Source: Toensbergia leucococca (lineage: Eukaryota). Taken from it: DNA of 20,000 nt. How positions within the stretch are numbered: the stretch's first letter is position 1; every line of letters starts with the position of its first letter. The position numbers and the translations under genes are program-made. Positions 11,213 to 20,000 of this stretch are shown here, in pieces. The notes below the pieces were generated by a model. That model did no database searches. It had not been told where the DNA came from and saw only the letters and a program-made list of their open reading frames with translations. The stretch lies in NCBI GenBank assembly GCA_022813965.1, contig JALDZS010000121.1, positions 54,505-74,504 of the forward strand, written 5' to 3'.

Positions 11213-11471
11213 CTTACTGGAAGTATGGGAAACAAGTCAGACTGAACTAGAAAAGAAATCTTTGATTTGTTTTCAAGATGACTCCATCTAGTGCTAAAAT
11301 ATGAAGTCCATACTTCGTGACTCCGTGACTCCGTACTCTATCCGTACGAATGACGCAATTGTACTTGGTCGATCTCCCGCGACGTTTGCAAGGGTCGGAC
11401 CCTATTTTCGACCTCCAGCATCTCTGCAATCAACAAACCGACGGACGTGCATCATTGCATACATCAGCATC
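11213..11471. promoter_or_regulatory. Compact bidirectional promoter/5'UTR region (259 bp) between CDC123 and CWC21, with three TGACTC motifs
   Basis: Divergent ATGs at 11212 (-) and 11472 (+). TGACTC occurs at 11279, 11318 and 11326. Confidence 0.55.
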
Positions 11472-12019
11472 ATGTCCTCCAATGTTGGTTTGACAACACC
11501 CCGAGGAAGTGGAACCTCAGGTTACGTCCAGCGCAATCTTTCCCATCTCCGTCCACGTGATGCCTTCGCCCCCTATCCCAAAGACTTTGAAAGCATCAAG
11601 CATCGACAACGAAAGCCAGATCAGGAAATACTGAACCATGATAGATTAAGGGAGATCGAAGTCCAAGTTTTCGATCTGAGGGATAAGCTGGAGGATGACG
11701 GGTATTTTCTCTCCCTCGCTAGTCCGTTCTGCCATTTCTAATGCGCTAATCTCGTTGAACAATGTGTAGTGTCGACGAAGAAGAGATCGAAGACCAGACC
11801 AATGCATTACGCAAGAAACTCACTGCAGATACGAGTAATGATAAGGTATCTGGCAAGCTAAAGCCACATCAGGTGCATGAGTTGGCGAGGGCTAAGATTG
11901 AGGAGAGCGAGAAATTAAGGAAGGCGTTGGGGATAAGAGAAGATTACGAAGAGGGAAGTCATTGGAAGAAGCAGGAGGAAAGGATGAGGGATGGGGTGGG
12001 GGAGGAAAAGAGAGCGTAG
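11472..12019 (+). CDS. CWC21: Pre-mRNA splicing factor CWC21 (cwf21 domain), ~159 aa; exons 11472..11701 and 11770..12019
   Basis: Signature N-terminus MSSNVGLTTPRGSGTSGYVQRNL, then RKPDQEILNHDRLREIEVQVFDLRDKLEDDG-VDEEEIE. Intron 11702..11769 (GTATTT...GCTAAT...TAG). Confidence 0.93.
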
Positions 12020-12916
12020 ATGTCATGGGCAACATGCGATGACTACATTTACGTGGTGTTTGGTGTTGGGGATACCAGCTGTGGAGCTCCATGAGGCGTC
12101 AAGGATTTATTTTTCCTGCTTTTTGGTCGTCACGCAATGGCCGGAATGTCTTGACTGGGCTATTTCAGCGACTAGAGGTCTGTTATTGTGTAGACGGAGA
12201 CGAGGAGCTGCCTTAGGCGAAGAGTTTCCCCCAACAGCGTGGTATTGATGTAAGCGCGCTCAAAGTAAGCAACAAACTTATAGTAAGGTACAGCCTTGGT
12301 CACGAGTACCTCACTCAAGTGAGTCGGTCAACTCAGTGTCTCTAAGTATCTCTTGATATATTCGGGGATTCGTCAAAGGCTGAGAAATTTTTTAGGAGAT
12401 TCTCAAATGCTCAAGCATGAGATTTTTTTAGGCAGACGGTCATCTTCATACCTGGGTTCGCTTCCGAATTAAATACAACTTATGACTTATCGAGACCTTT
12501 GTCATGATTTGAGGCCTTGGCTCGTATTCCCTTTGAATATCAATATCTTCTCCCTCTAATTAGGAGACCTTTTAGGAGTGCCTGCGATTCACATAAGCGA
12601 CATATGCAAATCAGAGGCCTCTTGAATGACCGTTGGACCAAGGCTGACCACAATGAGAGACGTGCTCTTAATTCATTGCTTATATACCAGCCTATCCGTT
12701 CGAGAATCAGCCTGAAGTAAACATGTCTTTGAAAAAGAATCTCCAGCGGCTGTCGGTCTGAGAGGCGGTAGCTACCTATCAGCCTAAGAAAAATTGAAAG
12801 GTCTGCATCTCATCTTCCTGGTATCTAGAACTCTTCTAGCAATGACAAAAGAGATATCAAGGCTTCATCAAGACCTTTTTGACGATAGAGGAGCGCTTTC
12901 TCCTCAAGACAACATT

Positions 12917-13542
12917 CAGTATGACATGGCCATTCTGATGTCGCAAGTCGGTTTTGATGCAAAGCAATCCGTCTTCATGTCTCTTGTCGGCGGTATCGCC
13001 GTCCTGCTCGGTACAATCCCTGCCATCTTTTGCATGGAAAGGTTTGGGAGACGCTTCTGAGCCATGACTATACTTCCTGGCTTTTTCATCGGCCTTCTCA
13101 TCATTACTTGCTCCTATATGATTCCCTTCGGTAAATAAATCTGGATCACAAGGAGTCTATATTACTAATCTGATCCTTTACGAGGACTTCTTTGGCTCTT
13201 ACGCTTGTCTCACATGGGTCCTCCCATCCGAAGTGTATCCGACGTACCTTCGTTCATTACCCTTTTCCTCTGATCTTTCCTCGGCATTTACCCTTTAGCT
13301 AGATCGAGGCAGTCATGTCACGCATCGGCCTCACACTCGGCTTCTACGGAGGAATCGCCATTGTCGGATGGTTCTTCCAAGTCCTGTTCATAACTGAGAC
13401 GAAGAACAAAAGTCTAGAAGAAATTGATATTCTCTTCACGCAGCTAACGCCGGAGCTGGTCAAGGACAATCTGCGCAGTAGTATGGTGACATTCAACAAC
13501 TTCATCTCCTTTCAGCGGGGTAAGGCCTTCTCCGAGTTGTAG
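12917..13542 (+). pseudogene. Degenerate MFS sugar-porter transporter, C-terminal half only
   Basis: Sugar-porter motifs lie in three different frames: ...MERFGRRF*AMTILPGFFIG (TGA at 13058 where W is expected), GSQGVYIT...FFGSYACLTWVLPSEVYPTYLRS (from ~13143), and MSRIGLTLGFYGGIA...TETKNKSLEEIDILF (13315+). No N-terminal half is recognisable upstream. Confidence 0.85.
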
Positions 13543-13761
13543 AGGGCGAGCTACTGGTTCAGCATAATGATTTGCCGCGGTACTCGGTCATGCACACTGA
13601 CGGTGAGGTCAAAGGAGTATTCCGGAAGGAACCTTAGGATTAGCAACAATGAGAAAGAGGCTGGTGATAGACGAGAAGTTCTCAGGTTGGGTAGGCTATC
13701 TGGGCGATGTATCCTATGTGCTAATTACGTTTATTGATCTCTCGAACATCGTGTCGTTTTT

Positions 13762-13829
13762 TTGACGACAATGCCTGTTGACGACAATGCTTGTTGAAGA
13801 CAACGCTTGTTGGCGACAAAGCTGTTGAC
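13762..13829. repeat. 16-bp minisatellite, ~4.3 copies (consensus TTGACGACAATGCTTG)
   Basis: Units: TTGACGACAATGCCTG / TTGACGACAATGCTTG / TTGAAGACAACGCTTG / TTGGCGACAAAGC-TG / TTGAC. Confidence 0.85.
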
Positions 13830-14098
13830 TCATTATCAACCTCCGATATACTAAGTATTGTGCTAGCTTCACAATTCACAATAGGTCGACTCGGTGTTGA
13901 GCCCACCACATGTGTATATTAGCGTGCACCTTTGTATTTGCAACCTTCTTGCTTCCTCTCCTACACTAGATGACTACTACTACACAAAATACAGCTCTCA
14001 TCGCCGGTAGTGAGGTTACGCCTTAATTCACTCGTGAGACATCTCTACGACCCTCGATCGTTCGGTCCGCTTCTTCGTCTTGCCTATCAGATATCAAG

Positions 14099-15409
14099 AT
14101 GGACGCCCTTGAGAGATCACAGCAATCATCGCCGTTTCTCAAAGTCCCAGATGAGATTCTCGTGGCTATCTTTAATAAGCTTTCAAAGCTTTCATGCTCA
14201 CGCGGTCCTCTGATTGACATTGCTCTAGTATCAAAACGTTTCAAGAACGTCATTGAACAGATTCTCTACAGAGATATTTGGATCGATGTATTTATGCCGA
14301 CCGAGAGGATGGAGGATGACCCGCCTCAACCGGGAGACCTAAAGCAGTTCAATGGGCTTGTGGAGACTCTAACCCAATATACGTACTTGCAATCGTATGT
14401 TCGTACACTCAGGCTCGAGGAACTTAATCACTTCCCCGACACATTGCTTTTTCAAGACCACAACCAGCTCCTCAATCTCATACCAGGGGTACGAAAGCTG
14501 TTCCTAAATCCTCCTCTGCACTTGGTTTTTCCGACCTTTACGCGTCTTGAGTCCGTGAGCCTGGACTGTTGGGAACCTGCCCTCGATTGGGCCTTTAGAG
14601 CACTTGAGGGGAGGATCAATTTGGTTGCAATGGTGCGTCAGCTCTTGTGGATTCCAACTCTTCAGCAACTTCGGCTAGATCACATTTACTTAGACCAAGA
14701 AGGAGTGAGTGATCCCTGGCCCAAGGATCGCTGCCGAACATCGTCCGTCACCACACTCCGCATAGAGACCAACTATAGCACTGATGAAATAGGCATGCTT
14801 CCAGATGTTCTTCTCTCAATCAAAGCTCTAAAGAGGTTCACTCTCACAACACCTGTCCGCAAATCCAGTGACACGACATGGGATATCTTATCCCCACAAT
14901 CCATCGCTCAAACCTTACATCCTCATGTTCATACATTGGTGAAGTTGACCATCACCTCTGACGATGAGACACCTTCAACTAAAATGTCCTTAATGAACAT
15001 GCTTCCCCAATACAGCAGTCTCAGAGAACTTGGCATTCCAGAAAGCTTTTTGGCACATCCCAATGATCCCACGTTTCACGAGTATTTACCCCCTCAGCTA
15101 GAAGAGCTGCAGCTTCAGTACGCCTGGAATTTCAAGGGAAGCTCCGATAAGACAGGGCCTTTGCAATTCAAGAGAATGATGCGCCTGGCGGAGAACAAGA
15201 ATAAGTGCTGTCCAGCGCTGAGGCTTGTAATTTGGTGGGTAAACTACAAAGAATCGGACGAATCTGATCGTACTTCAGAGGACGAGAAACGCTGGAAGCA
15301 TTTCGCCAGTGTGTTCGAGCGTGTAGGCGTCCAATTCCATTGGCTTTTCGAACCAGAGTTCCCAGATACGCCGTTTGGCCATGAGGAAGACCGGGAATGG
15401 TTCAATTAG
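14099..15409 (+). CDS. F-box-like protein with degenerate leucine-rich (RNI-like) repeats, 436 aa, intronless
   Basis: N-terminal FLKVPDEILVAIF...LIDIALVSKRFKNVIEQILYRDI is F-box-like. Recurring LxxLxL units follow (VRTLRL, LQQLRL, LKRFTL, LVKLTI, LRELGI, LEELQL). Confidence 0.8.
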   Translation: MDALERSQQSSPFLKVPDEILVAIFNKLSKLSCSRGPLIDIALVSKRFKNVIEQILYRDIWIDVFMPTERMEDDPPQPGDLKQFNGLVETLTQYTYLQSYVRTLRLEELNHFPDTLLFQDHNQLLNLIPGVRKLFLNPPLHLVFPTFTRLESVSLDCWEPALDWAFRALEGRINLVAMVRQLLWIPTLQQLRLDHIYLDQEGVSDPWPKDRCRTSSVTTLRIETNYSTDEIGMLPDVLLSIKALKRFTLTTPVRKSSDTTWDILSPQSIAQTLHPHVHTLVKLTITSDDETPSTKMSLMNMLPQYSSLRELGIPESFLAHPNDPTFHEYLPPQLEELQLQYAWNFKGSSDKTGPLQFKRMMRLAENKNKCCPALRLVIWWVNYKESDESDRTSEDEKRWKHFASVFERVGVQFHWLFEPEFPDTPFGHEEDREWFN

Positions 15410-16324
15410 ATATCCCAGTGAAACTGGGGAAATACAAAGTTTTCTTCTCATGCTCCACCACTCTAGCCGTTGAAGTATCGTCCGGACTCGTCTCTCAGCC
15501 GTCGCACTATCGAGTGACAAGGTTTTATGAAGAATATGTTTATTTGTTTTTCCATGTCTGCATATGTACAGTGCCTTTGTTTGATCGGATCATTCTACAG
15601 AGGAACTCAGAATGTTATCTTGTCATGAGGAGTACGAGTAGGTAGCTGCTCCCTGGCCTGACCTGTTTGCCACCGACTCCTTTACTAAGAGATGGACTAG
15701 AATAGCAGGAGTTTTATCTATTTTGACCATCTTAGTCACGCTAGTTTCATTGTATTCGTACCAATCAGAAAATGATCTACACAAGGGGTTTCAGCCTAGG
15801 TATGCATGGTGGCGTATCAAAATTAGTGACATCACTCTGAGATTAAAGACCATCGAAAGATAATCACAAATTCAAAAGTTAAAAGCCTTTCAATTATGCT
15901 GCAAAGTACTACAAAACCCCTGTGATACTATGAAAAAGACAAGAAAATCTTGTGATTTGTGAGCTTTATTCAACGGTGAAAACGGGGTACTAAATAAAAT
16001 CTGATTGGTCGACTCGTACAGAGTACACGACAGCTTACAACCAACAGCACTCTCCGCTCCGAAAGTCAATACCAACACTTCCCCAGGCACCAGCACTGCC
16101 AATGCTACCGCGACAAAAAGATCTCGTATTCACCAAGCACCCACCCGGTGATGGCCGACTTATGAGTGAACCACTCGGGGCGCAGCATACCCTCAGCTCG
16201 TCGCATTCACTCATAAATAAACAGATATGCCATCATATATATTCAGTGAACTCTTCTCATGGATCACGCCTGCTTATCTTAAATATCCACAGACCACCAA
16301 CTCAACCATTCCTAGTCTATCCAC

Positions 16325-16331
16325 TATAAAA
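16325..16331 (+). promoter_or_regulatory. TATA-box candidate (TATAAAA) starting 47 nt upstream of the secreted-protein ATG
   Basis: Consensus match followed by a CA-rich leader and an ACAATG start context. Confidence 0.45.
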
Positions 16332-16371
16332 ACCCCACCACAACCACCACCACTCCACCGCTCCACCAACA

Positions 16372-16860
16372 ATGAATCGCCTCAACCTCATCGTCCTCCT
16401 CCTCCTCCCTCTTCTCTCCCTCACAACCGCCCTCCCAACAAACAACACCACAACCCTCACCTACTCAACCACAACCGCAACCACAACCCCAACATCAAGC
16501 TCAACCTGCACCCCAACCGCAACCCTCCTAACCCCACCCCCCGCAACCGCCACCTGCGCCATCACCGGCGGCGAAACCGCCTCCGGCATCTTCCCCCTAA
16601 ACTACGAGCAACAAACCCAAGTCCGCTCCTCCCCCGCCTGCGCCCAACTCTGCCTCGCCTACGCCGACAACCTCTGCAAAAGCATCGCCGTAGGCGCGAT
16701 CGAGACGGGGTTTCCGGGCGCCGGATCCGGCAATCTGAGCTGTGTGCTTTTTGCGTATACGATTGCGCAGCTGGGGGTGCAGGCTGAGGGGCCGCCGTAT
16801 GGGCCTGGGAGCACGTGGTTTGATGTTGGGTGTTTCGGGGAGGGCTGTGTGGCGTGTTGA
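16372..16860 (+). CDS. Small secreted Thr-rich, Cys-rich protein with a PAN/apple-like C-terminal domain, 162 aa
   Basis: Signal peptide MNRLNLIVLLLLPLLSLTTA|LP, a Thr/Ser stalk, then CAQLC...CKSIA...CVLF...WFDVGCF spacing resembling fungal apple-like domains. 9 Cys in total. Confidence 0.8.
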   Translation: MNRLNLIVLLLLPLLSLTTALPTNNTTTLTYSTTTATTTPTSSSTCTPTATLLTPPPATATCAITGGETASGIFPLNYEQQTQVRSSPACAQLCLAYADNLCKSIAVGAIETGFPGAGSGNLSCVLFAYTIAQLGVQAEGPPYGPGSTWFDVGCFGEGCVAC

Positions 16861-17754
16861 GGGGGATTGTGAGGATGGGGCGCGTGAGGGATGAGTGCTT
16901 GGGGGGGATATGAGGGATGAGGGCTTGAGAGGGCGGTGGGAGGGAAGGTCACTTTTTCTCACGGAAAAAAGGGCGCGGGTTAAAACATGATATACAGCCC
17001 CCCCCCACTCACCCCTCACCATCCCAAAAAAACCAAATATTTCAAAAATAACATTTCAGTTCTTGAAACCCCTTCCCTCACTCCATCTCAGCACTCTGTC
17101 AGTCTCCATCATTTTCAAGGAAAATGTGTGAGCTGTTTTCACAAACCAGAAGCCAACTTACTCTACACAAAAGAAGTGACTTTATAGGTAGGTAGGAAAA
17201 TTCACCTCTTTAAAAAAAATTGTGAGTGAGGGAAAAAAGCTCACTTCAGCCGCGCCCCTGCCTCTCAGCAGGGTTGATCTCTTAAAGCTTAAGCACTCAC
17301 GGTTCTTCGTTTTCCCAAACCTCTCTCTCTCTCACAAGCCCTCACACCTCAACCCGCAACACTCCTCTCTTCTCAAAGAACCCAACGGCCGGGGGGGGAA
17401 AGGGATGGCGTAACCGCAGAGGCGAGCATCGATTAGAACACCCCGAGCGCTCTATAGTGGGGGCGAAGCAGTGCGGCACCCGAGTCAATTGTACCTATGG
17501 TATAGAGCTTACATCGGCGTTTGGAAAAATGATAGTGATCACAAACACCCACTGTGAACCTAAAAACTTTTATTTACAAACAAAACATGCAACCCGTGTA
17601 GTGCCATCTAGATCTGCTCGTCCCTTGGGGGGAGTCTATGCCTTGCCTCCATCATACACATTATACATGATCGCATTTCCTTTCCTAGCCAGCTTTCCAC
17701 AAACGAGCAAAAGCCTTTCTATCCAGTGGTTTTGCGTCTCCACATTCACATCCA

Positions 17755-18724
17755 TCACAGCTTATGCCTCTTCTCCCCGCTGGCGATTTTTCGGAATTCC
17801 TCCTGCGGCACCCCGGCTGCGAATCGCTCTAGCCCTAGTGTCGAAGTCAGCACAATTTTGAAGATCGCCACTACCAAGTTTCGAGACAATTTTCTCAAAA
17901 AAAAAAAGACAAAAAACCTACCTTCAAATACCTCGGCCATAGTCTGCGAGCCCATCACCGCCCTCTCCGGCTTCCGTATCAGCGCCTTCACCCTGATCAA
18001 ACTCTCACTATTCAAATGATCCCCCAACCTCTCCTCCACCTCCTCCAACACCAACCCCAAAAACTTCTCCTGCTCACTCTTCTCAGTCTCAAATATCTTA
18101 TTTACAAACCCCACCTGCAGCATCTCCTCGGCAGAAATCCTCTTACTCATAATCAACGCCTCATTAGCCTTGCTGATCCCCAACCTCTGCACAAATCCCA
18201 CGCTGGCGCCTCCCTCAGCGACGAGCCCCAGGCTTGTGAAGGGCGTGAGCAGAAAGGCGTGCGGGGCAGCGTAGATGAAGTCGGAGAAGGAAATGAGGGC
18301 TGCGGATAGGCCGATGGCGGGACCGTTGAGGGCGGTGATGAGGATTTTCGGGTGCGAGTAGAAGGCGTTTGTGATTTCGAGGTTGTTGGCTACGAAGTTG
18401 CGGAGGGATTCGCGGCGGACGTCTGCGCCGGAAACGAGGAAGCGGGAGACGCTCACGTCGGCGCCGCTGTTGGATATGAGGGATTAGAGAGTGCTTTCGC
18501 TGGGCCAGTGTAGGGGATGTCAGGGCGTACGCGGAGAAATAGTGGCCTTTGCCGGTGAGTATGGTGATGTAGATGTCGTCGCGGGATGCAATTTCACGCA
18601 GTAGGCTTGAGAGACGGTAGTAGAGATCTTGGGTGAGGGAGTTGAGCTTGTGAGGGAGATTGAGAGTGATGATGGCGATTTTGCCTCGGATGGTAAGGGT
18701 GATTTGCTCCTCGAGAGTGGCCAT
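17755..18724 (-). CDS. ECI1: Peroxisomal delta3,delta2-enoyl-CoA isomerase (crotonase fold), ~272 aa; exons 18724..18531, 18466..17922, 17834..17755
   Basis: Motifs IAIITLNLPHKLNSL, LTGKGHYFSAGADV, KILITALNGPAIGLSAAL, TPFTSLGLVAEGG, and a C-terminal PTS1-type HKL. Introns 18530..18467 (GTACGC...CTAAT...CAG) and 17921..17835 (GTAGGT...GCTGAC...TAG). Confidence 0.9.
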
Positions 18725-19074
18725 TCGGAAAGGTGGGGAGAGTATGGCGGTGCGAAACAGTGACAATTGCGAAATGAAAAGGAGAAGGGTATTTCAAACA
18801 TGTGAACATTGAGATCTACATGATGAACTTGCCCTTATTCGGTGTCGCATTGTGAAGGATCCTGTTGCATCCTTCGATGATGAAACTGTGGGGAAGCCGA
18901 GGTCTAGAGTGCAATTCAACCCTGGCTCGCCTAGGTAGTTTTATTTGTCGTTAATTTGGCGCTTGTTGCGGCTATATCCGCCGAGTGCCGCCAACGTTTG
19001 CCATCAATAGATCCTCTCATCCTGTCCGGAGTAAGAACACTTCCATCTCCCACCAAGACTCCACTCCCCTCATT

Positions 19075-19417
19075 ATGGGCGGTCCCAACCTCGAAGTCTT
19101 CAAGGTCTCGTCCCCATCCAATCTTCCTCACCCTCCATAATACCTCACACACCCCAACTAACATCTTTCCATTCCAGTTCGGTCTCTACATCATGTTCCC
19201 CATAGCCTGGATGTACTACTTCGGGACCAATCTTGAAAACCGATTCTCGGTCCCGGATTTCTGGCCCGCGCCGGGGAGTACGCATAGGATACCTTTTGAG
19301 AAGGACGAGATAAGGGGGGAGTTGGAACGGTTGAGGAGGCAGAGGTTGGAGAGGAGGAAGAGGAGATTGGAGGTGGAAGGGCAAGGGCAAGGGGGAGGTC
19401 AGGATGAGGGTCAATAA
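19075..19417 (+). CDS. PET100: Mitochondrial cytochrome c oxidase assembly factor PET100-family protein, ~89 aa; exons 19075..19104 and 19178..19417
   Basis: Spliced product MGGPNLEVFK|FGLYIMFPIAWMYYFGTNLENRFSVPDFWP...ELERLRRQR matches the Pet100 pattern (LEVFKF, one TM segment, charged tail). Intron 19105..19177 has an ACTAAC branch site and CAG acceptor. Confidence 0.88.
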
Positions 19418-20000
19418 TGGTGTCGAGGCTTGTGTCGCCCTAGGGTGCAGAGCGGAACAGCGAAGACCATTGCATGGACGATGGCGTTTGGGCTGATGTC
19501 GAATAACTTGTCTTCACCTCAGGGCGACAGGAAACAGATGGCAAGGCCATACCATTGCGCAATGGATTATCCAAACTCCCTGTCACCCATGTTGAATAAT
19601 GCTCCACCTACCACCAGCACTTGATTTCAGTGGTCTCAGGTTGAAGCCAGGGGGAAAGTGTATCAACCATCTCCTCGCTGAAACCAGAGAGTGCGCAGGT
19701 TTCGAAATACTGAGCTTCGGATCCCGCATTACTCTCCACAAATAGGATACCAGAGCCCTCTATTGAGGTTTAGGATCGATATTTATATGAATAGAACATT
19801 GAGGAATCGATGATCATTTGGATGGATGGATTTTGGATTAACTAATAAGTCGAAAGACTCTCTATTCGATGAAGACTTTTGATGGGATTCCACCTCATCT
19901 ATATACCTAACTCCCAATGAAATCACAAGCCAGATGGAAACATATGAGGGGATTTCCCCTCGGCAGACTCCTCACTTTCCCCTCACCTTTCCATGGTATT

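Noticed and set aside
11301..11471. 57-aa in-frame N-terminal extension of CWC21 from the ATG at 11301
   Set aside because: The conserved Cwc21 N-terminus begins at 11472, and the upstream ATG lies inside the shared promoter, under 90 nt from the CDC123 start.
13762..13829. CRISPR-like array
   Set aside because: Head-to-tail 16-bp units without spacers, eukaryotic context and no cas genes.
15676..15696. CCTTTACTAAGAGAT resembling U5 snRNA loop I
   Set aside because: Lacks the invariant GCCTTTTAC, and I see no convincing closing stem.
16846..16857. C-terminal CVAC as a CaaX prenylation motif
   Set aside because: The protein has a signal peptide, so its C-terminus would not meet cytosolic prenyltransferases; disulfide Cys is more likely.
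16227..17022. Overlapping ORFs 16227..16787 (+), 16597..17022 (-) and 16659..16952 (-)
   Set aside because: Alternative-frame shadows of the secreted-protein gene in skewed sequence.
18956..19104. N-terminal part of the 153-aa ORF overlapping PET100
   Set aside because: Starts at TTG and reads through the 5'UTR and intron; the real exon 1 (MGGPNLEVFK) is in another frame.
19430..20000. Short ORF 19430..19624 and the GAGGGGA-TT-TCCCCTC palindrome near 19946-19961
   Set aside because: No coding signature, and a single 7-bp inverted repeat is expected by chance.

Overview
Gene-dense eukaryotic DNA from a filamentous ascomycete (Pezizomycotina; inferred from short GT-AG introns with CTRAY branch sites and from gene content). 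Three head-to-head pairs of conserved housekeeping genes form the backbone: PAC3-like proteasome chaperone with the DHR1 (ECM16) DEAH helicase, CDC123 with CWC21, and peroxisomal enoyl-CoA isomerase ECI1 with PET100. Accessory-looking loci lie between them: an aldo-keto reductase with an apparent signal peptide, an intronless ~793-aa protein I cannot assign to a family, a decayed MFS sugar-transporter pseudogene, an F-box/LRR-like protein and a small secreted Thr/Cys-rich PAN/apple-like protein. I saw no transposon, rRNA, tRNA or CRISPR array, and no convincing new multi-gene system. The best leads are (i) recurrent, strand-symmetric C/A-rich to G/T-rich composition flips that visibly bias the encoded proteins, (ii) the secretory-type AKR, (iii) the unknown 793-aa Cys-motif protein, and (iv) a few regulatory or RNA-structure candidates. 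Exon coordinates were derived by hand, and family calls come from recognised motifs, not database searches.
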